32,000 nt of DNA from Methylorubrum extorquens (GTDB lineage: Bacteria > Pseudomonadota > Alphaproteobacteria > Rhizobiales > Beijerinckiaceae), in contig LT962688.1 in the NCBI GenBank assembly GCA_900234795.1, positions 1,020,001-1,052,000 of the forward strand. Reading direction: 5' to 3'. A program made the position numbers and the translations under genes. The notes under the pieces are model-generated. The model was not told the origin of the DNA and did no database searches. It worked only from the letters and a program-made list of their open reading frames with translations. This document shows positions 17,746 to 29,896 of the stretch, piece after piece (within the stretch, counting starts at the first letter, position 1; the number at the start of each line of letters is the position of its first letter).

Positions 17746-18905
17746 CTCACGCGTCCTCCTCGTCCTGCGAAAAAATTGCCGGCGAGCCGCAAACCGTCGA
17801 TCCAGGTCGCCCCGTCGCGCTTGAGCACGAGGCGCGGACGCACGCCGCCGGCCTCGGCGACCGCCGCCGCGAGGTGCTCGGAATGCGTCACCAGCCAGAC
17901 CTGCGTACGTTTCGAGGCCTGTGAGATCATCCGCGCCAGCGGCTCCATCAGATCCGGGTGCAGGCTGGTTTCGGGCTCGTTGAGCGCGAGGAAGGGCGGC
18001 AGCCGATAGGCGAGCAGCGCGCCCGCGAGCGCGAGGTAGCGCAGCGTGCCGTCCGAGAGTTCGGACGGCTCGAAGATCCGCTTCGGGTACTCGGCGAAGA
18101 TCACGCCGAACCGCGCCTCCCGATCCGGTTGCGGCACCACGAGGCGGGCACCGGGAAAGGCGTCGGCGAAGGCCGCGTCGAGATCGACGGTGTCGCCGCG
18201 GATATGGGCCAAAGTCGCGAAGACCGCGGCGAGGTCGGCACCGTCGGAGGCCAAAGTCGGCGTCGTCACCGCGAGGCAGGGGTGGCGCAGGGGCGAACCC
18301 GCATCGGTGCGCACGTCGTGATAGAAGCGCCATGCTTCCATGGCTTGCCGGACGATCTGCAGTTCGGGAAAGCGCACCCCGTCCTGAAGCGCAGCGAGCG
18401 CCGTCTCGGTCGGCAGCAGGTCGGTGCCGAAGGAGCGCTTGCGCCCCTCCTCGTCCCGCACGAAGCCCGCCGGCCCGTCGCGGTCGAGCACCGTCACCGG
18501 CCGCGCGCCGGCCTGCACGGTGAGCCGCTCGCTCTTCACCTGCGGCTCCAGGGCGAAGGCCGCCCCGTAGATCGCGCCGCCCACCTGCGACACGAGGCCG
18601 ACCTCGACCGCGTAGGTGTAGGCGTGGCCGGTGGTCTCGTCGGCCAATTCGGCGGACAATCGCACCCGCGCCGGCTCGCCCTTGCGGCGGGTGCCGGCCC
18701 AGAGCACGGATTCCATCCCACCCTCGGCGGCGAGCGCCCGCGTCAGCCGCCCTGAGGCGGCCGTCTGAAGCAGGCCGAGGGCGCGGTAGAGGTTGGTCTT
18801 GCCGGTGCCGTTGCCGCCGACGAAGACCGAGAGAGGCCCGACCGGAAAGCGGATGGTCTTCAGCGACCGGTACCCGGCCGCCTCGATCTCGCGAACCGCC
18901 GGCAT
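17718..18905 (-). CDS. ABC/SMC-like AAA ATPase with no fused effector domain
   Basis: Contains Walker A GGNGTGKT, signature-like LSDGTLRYLAL, Walker B FLALNEPETSLHP and the H-loop THS. The last 16 codons as given have low GC3. Reading the 17770-17775 tract as T5 ends the protein at ...GNFSQDEEDA, with TGA at 17747-17749. Confidence 0.75.
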   Translation of the reverse strand: MPAVREIEAAGYRSLKTIRFPVGPLSVFVGGNGTGKTNLYRALGLLQTAASGRLTRALAAEGGMESVLWAGTRRKGEPARVRLSAELADETTGHAYTYAVEVGLVSQVGGAIYGAAFALEPQVKSERLTVQAGARPVTVLDRDGPAGFVRDEEGRKRSFGTDLLPTETALAALQDGVRFPELQIVRQAMEAWRFYHDVRTDAGSPLRHPCLAVTTPTLASDGADLAAVFATLAHIRGDTVDLDAAFADAFPGARLVVPQPDREARFGVIFAEYPKRIFEPSELSDGTLRYLALAGALLAYRLPPFLALNEPETSLHPDLMEPLARMISQASKRTQVWLVTHSEHLAAAVAEAGGVRPRLVLKRDGATWIDGLRLAGNFFAGRGGRVRCGSRFRPC

Positions 18906-18993
18906 CGGTGTGCCCCCCGTGAGTCTCGAAGGGCGCCGATCTAGACCGTTCTGAGACCGATTCGGAAACCCCGCCTTCCCAGGTTGTGCAGGC

Positions 18994-19998
18994 TCAATCC
19001 GGCACCTTGATCCCGTCCAGCCCCTTGCGCGGCTCGGGGAAGCGCGGGTCCATCGCTTCCAGCGTGTCGGCGATGGTGCGGGCGACCATGACGTTGCGGG
19101 CCCATTTGCGGTTAGCCGGCACCACGTGCCAGGGGGCGTAGGGCGTCGAGCAGCGGGCGAGCGCGTCGTTGAAGGCGGTCTGGTAAGCGTCCCAGCTCTT
19201 GCGCTCCACGAGGTCGGCCGGGTCGAACTTCCAGTGCTTCTCCGGATCGGCGAGGCGGGCCTCCAGGCGCTCCTTCTGCTCGTCCTTGGAGATGTGCAGG
19301 AAGAACTTGAGGATCACCGTGCCCGAGAGCGTCAGCAGCCGCTCGAAATCGTTGATGATCCCGTAGCGCTCGCGCCACGTCTCCTCCGGCACGAGGCCCT
19401 TCACCCGCACCACAAGCACGTCCTCGTAATGGCTGCGGTTGAACACGCCGATCAGGCCGCGGCCGGGCGTGCGCAGGTGGTAGCGCCAGAGGAAATCCTG
19501 ATCGAGTTCCTCAGTGCTCGGCACCTTGAACGACCAGACCCGGCAGCCCTGCGGGTTCACCCCCTCCAGCACGTTGCGAATGGTGCCGTCCTTGCCGCCG
19601 GTGTCGATCGCCTGGAACACCACGAGCAGGGAGCGACGGTGCTCGGCGTAGAGCTTCTCCTGCAGCGCCCGGATGCGCACGCGCTGCGCGTCGAGTTCGG
19701 CCTTGGCCGCCGCCTTCTCGAGACCGCCGGTGGCGTCGGGATCGATCGCGGCGAGGTTGACGCTCTGGCCGGGTTCGACCGTGACGATGCCGGGCGCGGC
19801 CGGCGGCAGGACCGGGTGGAGATGGGGGGACAGGCTCGGCGCGGTGCCCGTGCCCGCGATCGCCGCGCGGGCCCAGCCGGCGAAGGAAGGCGGATGGTCG
19901 GGCCACGCGACCTGCGGTTGTGCTTCCGTCGTTTTGTCGCTCTCGAGGCTTTTTTCACTCCCGGCGCTCTTGCCGTCCTTGCCGTTCTTGCGCGCCAT
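18994..19998 (-). CDS. ppk2: Polyphosphate kinase 2 family protein
   Basis: Contains FQAIDTGGKDGTI, FLWRYH, IGVFNRSHYEDV and PWHVVPANRKW. The start is taken at ATG 19998 (MARKNGKDGK). Confidence 0.85.
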   Translation of the reverse strand: MARKNGKDGKSAGSEKSLESDKTTEAQPQVAWPDHPPSFAGWARAAIAGTGTAPSLSPHLHPVLPPAAPGIVTVEPGQSVNLAAIDPDATGGLEKAAAKAELDAQRVRIRALQEKLYAEHRRSLLVVFQAIDTGGKDGTIRNVLEGVNPQGCRVWSFKVPSTEELDQDFLWRYHLRTPGRGLIGVFNRSHYEDVLVVRVKGLVPEETWRERYGIINDFERLLTLSGTVILKFFLHISKDEQKERLEARLADPEKHWKFDPADLVERKSWDAYQTAFNDALARCSTPYAPWHVVPANRKWARNVMVARTIADTLEAMDPRFPEPRKGLDGIKVPD

Positions 19999-20173
19999 GC
20001 CGAAGATTACCTGCTCACGAGCCGATTGCGAGGCCGCCGTCGCGGACCCGCAAGGAAGGGATAAGCTTGGAGCCCCAACAGATGCGCCGCCTTCGCCGTT
20101 CCCGATCCGGCGCGTCGGGGTCTTCAAGGGCAAGGTCTTCCAGGGGAGGCGCCGGTCGCGTCGGAGCCGCCGC

Positions 20174-20770
20174 ATGAGCGGGGTTCCGACGATCTGGTTC
20201 GTGCGCCATGGCCAGACCGACTGGAATGCGGAGGGGCGCCTTCAGGGCCACCGCGATACCGATCTCAACGCCAACGGGCTCGCCCACGCGGCGGAGGCGG
20301 CCGCGCGCCTGCGCCGGATCGCCGGAGCGGAACTGCCCACCGCCGACTACGTCGCGAGCCCGCTCACCCGCACCCGTCGGACGATGGAGATCCTGCGCAC
20401 CGGCATCGGCCTGCCCGCGGGGGGCTACCGGGCCGATATGCGGCTGCGGGAGATCGGCTTCGGCGCCTGGGAGGGCCGGACCTGGGCCGAGATCCGGCGG
20501 CGCGATCCCGCAGGCGCCGCCGCGCGCGACCGCGATCGCTGGGGCTACCAGCCGCGCGGGGAAGGGGCGGAGAGCTACGCGATGGTCGAGGCGCGGGTGG
20601 AGGAAGTGGTGGCGGAGCTACGCCGCCCGACCGTGATGGTCGCCCATGGCGGCGTCGCCCGGGCGCTGCTGGTCGTCGCCGGCCATCTCGACATCTACGC
20701 CGCCCCGCGGCTCGGCATCCGCCAGGGCAGCATTCTCGTCATCGAACCCGGCGGCTGGCGCTGGGCTTGA
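20174..20770 (+). CDS. Histidine phosphatase (phosphoglycerate mutase-like) family protein
   Basis: Contains the RHGQTDWN catalytic motif and a later VAHGGV. It is 198 aa, starting at ATG 20174. Confidence 0.8.
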   Translation: MSGVPTIWFVRHGQTDWNAEGRLQGHRDTDLNANGLAHAAEAAARLRRIAGAELPTADYVASPLTRTRRTMEILRTGIGLPAGGYRADMRLREIGFGAWEGRTWAEIRRRDPAGAAARDRDRWGYQPRGEGAESYAMVEARVEEVVAELRRPTVMVAHGGVARALLVVAGHLDIYAAPRLGIRQGSILVIEPGGWRWA

Positions 20771-20784
20771 CGGGATTCTTTTGG

Positions 20785-20827
20785 GGGAAGCGCTCGAAGG
20801 ACCGTGCGGGCCCATCGAGCGCTTCCC
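20785..20827. terminator. 13-bp perfect inverted repeat between convergent genes
   Basis: GGGAAGCGCTCGA-(17 nt)-TCGAGCGCTTCCC. The flanks are only weakly T-rich. Confidence 0.45.
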
Positions 20828-20850
20828 TTGAAGGGGTCGTCCGAGCCCGG

Positions 20851-20985
20851 TCAGGCCCGCGCGGCGCGGCCGCGGGCGAGCAGGCGCACGGCGGTGACGG
20901 GGAGGAGGAGCGTCTTCACCGTGGCCGTGACGGCCAGAACGGCGAGGACCGGCAGGATCGCGAGACAGATTCCGCTCACGCGCAT
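20851..20985 (-). CDS. 44-aa hydrophobic small protein, absent from the ORF track
   Basis: AAGGAG lies 6 nt upstream of the ATG. The sequence is MRVSGICLAILPVLAVLAVTATVKTLLLPVTAVRLLARGRAARA. About 41 of 44 third positions are G/C. Confidence 0.5.
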   Translation of the reverse strand: MRVSGICLAILPVLAVLAVTATVKTLLLPVTAVRLLARGRAARA

Positions 20986-21084
20986 CGGACACTCCTTGGG
21001 GCTGCTGAAACGGCGGCTTGCGACCGCTTGGTTGATGACAATCCGCCACTCAATCGCGGCAAGACCAAGGTGAACGGAGCAAAC

Positions 21085-22182
21085 TCACGCATTTCTACGC
21101 TCCACCGGCCTGTCCTGCCGGACAGCATAGCCGGATCGGGCGCTCGTGCCTTGCTCTGCATCAACGGTTTCGGAACGCGCGGACGGCGGTTCCGAGGGCG
21201 GCAGCCGCCGGGCGCGGGGATGGGCGTCCTCGAAGGCGCTCATCAGGCGGGCGGCATCGACCTTGGTGTAGATCTGCGTGGTCGAGAGCGAGGCGTGGCC
21301 GAGCAATTCCTGGATCGCCCGCAGCTCGCCCCGGCGGGCGAGCAGATGGGTTGCGAAGGAGTGTCGCAGGGCGTGCGGGGTCGCGCTCTCGGGCAGGCCG
21401 AGCGCGCCGCGGAGCGCGGAAACCGCGTACTGGACCACTCGCGGCGAGAGCGGCCCGCCCTTCACGCCGACGAAGAGCGGTCCCTCCGGATCGAGGGGGT
21501 GCGGGCACAGCGACAGGTAGGCGGCCACCGCCTCGGCCACCGCCGGCAGCACCGGCACGGCGCGGACCTTCCCACCCTTGCCCGTCACCCGCACCTCGTC
21601 GATGCCCGGCATCGGCGCGTCGCGGGCGGTGAGCCCCAGCGCCTCCGAGATGCGCAGGCCCGAGCCGTAGAGGAGGGCGATCACCGCCGCGTCGCGGGCG
21701 AGCACCCACGGGGCGCGGTCGTCGTCGGGACGGGTCTCGGGCGCGGTCATCGCCAGCGCGGCGGAGATGGGAAGCGGGCGCGGCAGGCGGCGCTCGACCT
21801 TGGGCGAGCGCACCGCGCCGAGCGCCGCGACGCTGCCGTGCCCCTCCCGTTCGAGGAAGCGGGCGAAGGAGCGCAGACCCGCCAGCATCCGCATCAGGGA
21901 GCGCCCGCCGATCCCCTCGGCCCGGCGCGCGGCCATGAAGGCGCGCAGGTCGCGGGGTTTCAGGGCGATCAGCCCGGCGATGGTGGGCGTGCCGGAGCGG
22001 GCGGCGCGATGGATTAGAAACTGGCGCAGGTCGCGCTCATAAGCCTCGACCGTGTTGGCGGCCATGCGCCGCTCCCGCGCCAGCGCCTCGCGCCAGCCCC
22101 GCATCGCCGCGCGCAGGGCGGCGTCGCCCGGCGGCAGCAGGGCTTCGGGATCGACGGCGGTGAGGGACGCGGTGCGCATCAT
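21085..22182 (-). CDS. xerC: Tyrosine recombinase XerC
   Basis: Contains ARDAAVIALLYGSGLRISE, HALRHSFATHLL and GHASLSTTQIYT (catalytic Tyr). The start is MMRTASL at 22182 or 22179. The roughly 45-aa C-terminal tail has lower GC3. Confidence 0.85.
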   Translation of the reverse strand: MMRTASLTAVDPEALLPPGDAALRAAMRGWREALARERRMAANTVEAYERDLRQFLIHRAARSGTPTIAGLIALKPRDLRAFMAARRAEGIGGRSLMRMLAGLRSFARFLEREGHGSVAALGAVRSPKVERRLPRPLPISAALAMTAPETRPDDDRAPWVLARDAAVIALLYGSGLRISEALGLTARDAPMPGIDEVRVTGKGGKVRAVPVLPAVAEAVAAYLSLCPHPLDPEGPLFVGVKGGPLSPRVVQYAVSALRGALGLPESATPHALRHSFATHLLARRGELRAIQELLGHASLSTTQIYTKVDAARLMSAFEDAHPRARRLPPSEPPSARSETVDAEQGTSARSGYAVRQDRPVERRNA

Positions 22183-22304
22183 TGCCGGCAGCAAGCACCC
22201 GGTAAGGTTGACGAAGGGTAAACGGCAAAAACCCTTTCCGCCTGGCCGGACTGCGCCAGATGGGCGCTCATCCACACAACATCCGTACCGGGGAGAGAGG
22301 GCCG

Positions 22305-22700
22305 ATGGCCAAGCCCGTCCACACCATGATCCGCGTCCGCGACGAGGCGCGCTCGCGCGACTATTATGCCCGCGCCTTCGGCCTGGAGCCGGCCGACCGG
22401 TTCGATTTTCCGGATTTCACGCTGCTCTACCTGCGCGACCCGTCCTCGCCGTTCGAACTCGAACTGACGGTCAACAAGGACCGCGCCGAGCCCTACAATC
22501 TCGGCGACGGCTACGGTCACCTCGCCTTCGTGGTGGAGGATGCCGAGGCCGAGCATGCCCGCTTCGAACGCGAGGGGCTTCCGGCCACGCCGGTCAAAAC
22601 CCTCAAGCACGGCGACACCGCGCTCGCGACCTTCTTCTTCGCCACCGACCCGGATGGCTACAAGATCGAGGTGATCCAGAAGGGCGGCCGCTTCGCCTGA
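22305..22700 (+). CDS. gloA: Lactoylglutathione lyase (glyoxalase I, VOC family)
   Basis: Contains HTMIRVRD, GYGHLAFVVED and DPDGYKIEVIQ. GGGAGAGAGG lies upstream of ATG 22305. Confidence 0.8.
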   Translation: MAKPVHTMIRVRDEARSRDYYARAFGLEPADRFDFPDFTLLYLRDPSSPFELELTVNKDRAEPYNLGDGYGHLAFVVEDAEAEHARFEREGLPATPVKTLKHGDTALATFFFATDPDGYKIEVIQKGGRFA

Positions 22701-22712
22701 TCTTTGGGGAGT

Positions 22713-23084
22713 CTACGGCGCCTTCTCCAGGCGTTCGAGCCCGGCCAGCGCCTTCTCGCACGCACTTGCAGAGGGTGCCGGCAGGCTCGTCTCCAGGCGC
22801 ATCGCGTCGTCGAGCGCCAGGGCGTAGCGCTCCTCCGTGAGCGCCCGGCCGACCGCCGCCATCATGCGCTCGCGGCCAGCTCTCAACACCCGATCGACCC
22901 GCTCGCGCCCCGCGCCGCAGGCGAGCGCCCGGCCCAGTACCTTGCCCTGGCGCTCGCCCTCGACCTGGGGGATCACCAGCGGCCGGGCTCCGACGGCCTC
23001 CGGCGGCGTCTGCGCATCGGCCGCGCCGAGCGTGAGCACGAGCCCGAACAGGGGGAAGAAGACGGAAGCGGCCCCTGAGCGCAT
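22713..23084 (-). CDS. Small secreted hypothetical protein
   Basis: The signal peptide is MRSGAASVFFPLFGLVLTLGAADA|Q. It has two Cys and high GC3. Confidence 0.5.
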   Translation of the reverse strand: MRSGAASVFFPLFGLVLTLGAADAQTPPEAVGARPLVIPQVEGERQGKVLGRALACGAGRERVDRVLRAGRERMMAAVGRALTEERYALALDDAMRLETSLPAPSASACEKALAGLERLEKAP

Positions 23085-23967
23085 CGAATCGTTCTCCCTC
23101 ACGGCTCTTCAGAATAGCACCGCATCCCGCCCGATCCGGCGATCGCGCCGGATGCGACAGGTCGCGTGCGTTCCCTCACGCTCTCGGGAGCGAATCTCGT
23201 TCACGGTCAAGCCGGAAACGACAGGGGGCGACAATGGGTCTTTCCGGAGGTCCTGCCGGCAGCGCGGCGGCGGCGGATACCGGCATGATCGGGCGAGGCC
23301 GCGGCCCGATCCCGTCGCGCATCCCCTTGAGCCTCAAGCTCGCCTATTCGGCCTTCATGGCGGTGCTGCTCCCGGTCTATCTCACCCATTACGGGCCGAC
23401 GAACTTCCTGTACTTCTGCGACATCGCCCTGATCCTGACCCTCGTCGGCATCTGGGCGGAGAGCGCGCTTCTCGTCTCGATCTGCGCCGCCGGCATCCTC
23501 GCGCCGCAACTGCTCTGGGCCGTGGATTTCCTGGCGCAGGCCGCGGGCACTCCGCTCACCGGCATGACCGCCTACATGTTCAACGCGGAGACCTCGCCGT
23601 TCCTGCGGGGCCTGTCGCTGTTCCACGGCTGGCTGCCGTTCCTGCTCGTGTTCCTCGTCTGGCGGCTCGGCTACGACCGGCGCGCCTGGGGCGCGTGGTC
23701 GGCGCTGGCGGTCATCCTCCTGTTCGTCTGCTTCTTCCTGATGCCGCCGCCGCGGCCCGATCCGGGGGATGACGCCGGTCAACATCAACTATGTCTGGGG
23801 CATGAGCGACACCGCCGCGCAGACGTTCCTGCCGGCCTGGGCGTGGTTCGCGGGTCTCGTCGTTGCCATCCCGCTCCTGATCTCCTGGCCGACCCACCGG
23901 CTCCTGATCTGGCTGATGCCCCAAGCACCCGTCATGTTGCCCGTCACATCGCCCGTTGCGTCCGCCC

Positions 23968-26459
<2,492 letters not shown>

Positions 26460-26541
26460 GGTCCGCGAGGTGCCGCGGTTCGGGCCGGGGCGCAACCATC
26501 GCCGCCGCCCCGCGCCGCTCATCGCCTTCCACGGCGCCCAC

Positions 26542-26570
26542 GAAAATTTGTTAACATATCTTGCGATTTC
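26542..26570. promoter_or_regulatory. AT-rich island with perfect palindrome TGTTAACA (26549-26556) in the hrpB / His-rich gene divergent region
   Basis: The sequence gaaaatttGTTAACatatcttgcgatttc stands out in a roughly 70% GC background. Confidence 0.35.
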
Positions 26571-26641
26571 ACCGGAACGAGCGGCCAAGATGCGACTTGT
26601 GGGCTCAGCGTGCGGTCCATGCACGCAACGGAGAGACGACG

Positions 26642-26959
26642 ATGCGCATAGCCCTGACATTCGTAGCCGGCGCGCTGCTCGGCAGCCTCGGTCTGGGAGT
26701 GGTGTCGGCCTCCGCCGCCCCCGCCATGCCGGCCCCCGGCCTGTTCGCCGGCCAGACGGTCGAGACCGTGCGCGACCAGCACCATGACCACTGGCACCGC
26801 CCCCATCACAGCGTGCTCGGCCACCATCACTCGACCAAGGCCGAGCGCCATCGCCGCCGCCTGAACACCCACCATCACGGCGACCCGAACGCCCGCAACC
26901 CGGAGCGGCCCGGCTACCAGCAGCAGCTCGGCACCACCACGGGCGGCCCGCGCTACTGA
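26642..26959 (+). CDS. Histidine-rich secreted protein (105 aa)
   Basis: GGAGAG precedes ATG 26642. The signal peptide ends SASA|AP. The mature part contains HHDHWHRPHH, GHHH and THHHGD. Confidence 0.6.
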   Translation: MRIALTFVAGALLGSLGLGVVSASAAPAMPAPGLFAGQTVETVRDQHHDHWHRPHHSVLGHHHSTKAERHRRRLNTHHHGDPNARNPERPGYQQQLGTTTGGPRY

Positions 26960-26989
26960 GCGCTTCGGCCTCGACACGGCATGAGAAGG

Positions 26990-27026
26990 GGCCCGTCCGG
27001 CGCGATGCCGGGCGGGCCTTTTCGTT
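26990..27026 (+). terminator. Rho-independent terminator of the His-rich gene
   Basis: GGCCCGTCCGGC-gcgat-GCCGGGCGGGCC forms a 12-bp stem with one G-U pair. It is followed directly by TTTTCGTT. Confidence 0.75.
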
Positions 27027-27145
27027 CGCCCGCCGGCCCCGGCACCACCGTCGCTTGCGACGGCTGGGGAGAGCGCCCACTTGTCCACGGACTTCACGGT
27101 TGCCCGGCGGTGCCCGGCGCAAGCGGGGCTGCTAGCCTCGGCTTC

Positions 27146-29896
27146 ATGTCCAGACCCCAGCGTTCCCAACCCCTCGAACGGCGTGCCCAGGCGGCGGATA
27201 CGGTGACTTCTTCGCCCCTCGACATCCCCGGCGCCACGCCGATGATGGCGCAGTACATCGAGATCAAGGCCGCCAATCCGGACTGCCTGCTGTTCTACCG
27301 GATGGGGGACTTCTACGAGCTGTTCTTCGAGGATGCGGAGATCGCCTCACGCGCGCTCGGCATCGTCCTGACCAAGCGCGGCAAGCACGGCGGCGCCGAC
27401 ATCCCGATGTGCGGCGTGCCCCTGGAGCGGGCGGACGACTACCTGCACCGGCTGATCGCGCTGGGCCACCGCGTCGCCGTCTGCCAGCAGACCGAGGACG
27501 CCGCGGAAGCCAAGAAGCGGGGCCCGAAATCGGTGGTGCGGCGCGAGGTGATCCGCCTCGTCACGCCGGGCACGCTGACCGAGGACCGCCTGCTCGACCC
27601 GACGCGGGCCAACCTGCTGCTCGCCATCGGCCGGCGCAAGGTCTCCGACACGAGCGAGGCCTACGGGCTCGCCGCCCTCGACATCTCCACCGGCCGGTTC
27701 TCGCTGAGTGAGGTGGAGAGCTCGGAACTCGCCGCCGCCATCGCCCGGCACGAACCGCGGGAGATCGTGCTCTCGGAGGTCATCCACGCCGATCCGGCCT
27801 TGGCCAAGCTGTGGCGCGAGACCAAGGCGGCGGTGGTGCCACTCGCCCAGGGCGAACTGGAACCCGCCTCGGCCGAGCGGCGCATCCGCGAGCAGTTCGG
27901 CGTCAAGACCCTCGACGGGTTCGGGAATTTCAGCCGGGCGGAGATCGCCGCGGCCGGGGCGGCTTTGCTCTATCTCGAGCGCACCCAGCTCGGCACGCGC
28001 GTGCCGCTCTCCGCGCCGAGCCGCGAGGCGACGGGAGCGACGCTCGCCATCGACGCGGCCACCCGCGCCAACCTCGAACTCACCCGCACCCTCTCGGGCG
28101 AGCGCAAGGGCAGCCTGCTCGATGCCATCGACCGCACGGTCTCGGCCGGAGGCGCCCGGCTGCTCGCCGAGCACCTGGCCGGGCCCCTGACGGACCTGAC
28201 CAAGATCGGACGGCGGCACGACGCCGTCGCCTTCCTGGCGGAGGACGGCGCGCTGCGGGCGCATCTGCGCGACGCGCTGCACGCCGCCCCCGACATTGCC
28301 CGCGCACTGTCCCGCATCGGCCTGAACCGGGCCGGGCCGCGCGACCTCGCCGCCCTGCGCGACGGGCTCGACGCCGCTGCGACGATCGCTGAGCAGCTTC
28401 GCGCGGAAGAAAATTTGCCGGACGGGCTGACCCGCCTCGCCCGCCGCCTCGAAAAAGCCGACCGGGCGCTGGCCGAGGAACTGGCTCAGGCGCTCGCCGA
28501 CGACCTGCCGCTCAACCGCCGCGACGGCAATTTCGTGCGCGCGGGCTACCACGCCGAGATCGACGAGGCCCGCCTCCTCGGCCAGGACTCGCGAAAGGTC
28601 ATCGCCGCGCTCCAGGCGCGGTACGCCGAGGCCAGCGGCTGCCGGACGCTCCGGATCAAGCACAACAACGTGCTCGGCTACTACATCGAGGTGCCGCAGG
28701 CGGTGGGCGAGGCTTGCCTCAAGGGCCTGATGCAGGACTTCGTGCATCGCCAGACCATGGTCGATGCGATGCGCTTCACCAGCGTCGAACTCGGCGAGCT
28801 GGAATCGAAGATCGCGGGCGCCTCCGACCGAGTGCTGGCGCTGGAATCCGCGGTGTTCGATGCCTTGAGCGCGCGGGTGAGCGAGGGGGCGGAGGTGATC
28901 GCCGACATCGCCGAGGCGCTGTCGGGCCTGGATGTAGCCGCGAGCCACGCCGAACTCGCGGTCGAACTCGCCTGGACCCGGCCGGTCATCGACGACAGCC
29001 TCGCCTTCGCGATTGAGGGCGGGCGCCATCCGGTGGTGGAGGCGGCGCTGACCAAGGCGGGCGAGGCGTTCATCGCCAATGCCTGCGACCTGTCCGGCGA
29101 CGAGGCCGGGCGCATCCGCCTCGTCACCGGCCCGAACATGGGCGGCAAATCGACCTTCCTGCGCCAGAATGCGCTGATCGCCGTGCTGGCGCAGATGGGC
29201 GCCTTCGTGCCGGCGGCCGCCGCCCGGCTCGGCGTGGTCGATCGCCTGTTCTCCCGCGTCGGTGCGGCCGACGACCTCGCGCGCGGCCACTCGACCTTCA
29301 TGGTCGAGATGGTCGAGACCGCCGCGATCCTCAATCAGGCGACGCGCCGGTCGCTCGTGGTGCTCGACGAGATCGGCCGCGGCACCGCGACCTTCGACGG
29401 CCTCTCCATCGCCTGGGCCTGCTTGGAGCACCTGCACGAGAAGAACGGCTGCCGGGCTTTGTTCGCGACCCACTTCCACGAGCTGACGGCGCTGAGCCAG
29501 CGCCTGCCGCGCCTCGACAACGCGACCCTCAAGGTGGCCGAGGACCGCGGCGACGTGGTGTTCCTGCACGAGGTGGTGCCGGGCGTGGCCGAGCGCTCCT
29601 ACGGCCTCCAGGTCGCCCGCCTCGCCGGTCTGCCGCCGAGCGTGGTGGCGCGGGCCGGGGCGATCCTGAAAGGGCTGGAAAGCTCCGAGCGCGAGCGCCC
29701 CGCCCGCCGCAAGATCGACGACCTGCCGCTCTTCGCCAGCCTCGCCGCCGCACCGCCCCCGCCGCCGGAGCCGGTGAAACCCGAGCCGGACGACCGGCTC
29801 GGCCAGTTGATCGACCGCATCGATCCCGATGCGCTGACGCCGCGCGAGGCGCTCGACGCGCTCTACCGGCTGAAGAAGGAGCGGGCTGCGGGGTAA
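27146..29896 (+). CDS. mutS: DNA mismatch repair protein MutS
   Basis: Contains [23 protein letters not shown], Walker [10 protein letters not shown] and STFMVEM...DEIGRGT. The start is ATG 27146. Confidence 0.93.
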   Translation: MSRPQRSQPLERRAQAADTVTSSPLDIPGATPMMAQYIEIKAANPDCLLFYRMGDFYELFFEDAEIASRALGIVLTKRGKHGGADIPMCGVPLERADDYLHRLIALGHRVAVCQQTEDAAEAKKRGPKSVVRREVIRLVTPGTLTEDRLLDPTRANLLLAIGRRKVSDTSEAYGLAALDISTGRFSLSEVESSELAAAIARHEPREIVLSEVIHADPALAKLWRETKAAVVPLAQGELEPASAERRIREQFGVKTLDGFGNFSRAEIAAAGAALLYLERTQLGTRVPLSAPSREATGATLAIDAATRANLELTRTLSGERKGSLLDAIDRTVSAGGARLLAEHLAGPLTDLTKIGRRHDAVAFLAEDGALRAHLRDALHAAPDIARALSRIGLNRAGPRDLAALRDGLDAAATIAEQLRAEENLPDGLTRLARRLEKADRALAEELAQALADDLPLNRRDGNFVRAGYHAEIDEARLLGQDSRKVIAALQARYAEASGCRTLRIKHNNVLGYYIEVPQAVGEACLKGLMQDFVHRQTMVDAMRFTSVELGELESKIAGASDRVLALESAVFDALSARVSEGAEVIADIAEALSGLDVAASHAELAVELAWTRPVIDDSLAFAIEGGRHPVVEAALTKAGEAFIANACDLSGDEAGRIRLVTGPNMGGKSTFLRQNALIAVLAQMGAFVPAAAARLGVVDRLFSRVGAADDLARGHSTFMVEMVETAAILNQATRRSLVVLDEIGRGTATFDGLSIAWACLEHLHEKNGCRALFATHFHELTALSQRLPRLDNATLKVAEDRGDVVFLHEVVPGVAERSYGLQVARLAGLPPSVVARAGAILKGLESSERERPARRKIDDLPLFASLAAAPPPPPEPVKPEPDDRLGQLIDRIDPDALTPREALDALYRLKKERAAG

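Noticed and set aside
17743-17776. Programmed -1 ribosomal frameshift on T_TTT_TTC producing an ATPase-MOSC fusion
   Set aside because: The heptamer is canonical and the -1 frame is open into MOSC. However, the linking peptide RRTRRTRE is simply the translated ribosome-binding region. No downstream stimulatory structure is evident. GC3 supports termination in the other frame. The window also shows other homopolymer frame breaks, which makes an indel the simpler explanation.
21085-22182. The tyrosine recombinase as a marker of an integrated phage or genomic island
   Set aside because: Its motifs and size fit housekeeping XerC. There is no adjacent tRNA, no flanking direct repeats, no phage or IS genes, and no compositional shift around it.
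26460-27122. N-terminal 221-aa extension of the hrpB track ORF, with similar extensions for 3830..5272, 3303..4415, 12140..13099, 17032..18333, 18994..20175 and 19673..20770
   Set aside because: The extensions run through neighbouring genes or intergenic DNA and are Arg/Pro-rich. Recognisable homology begins at an internal start codon, as listed in the features.
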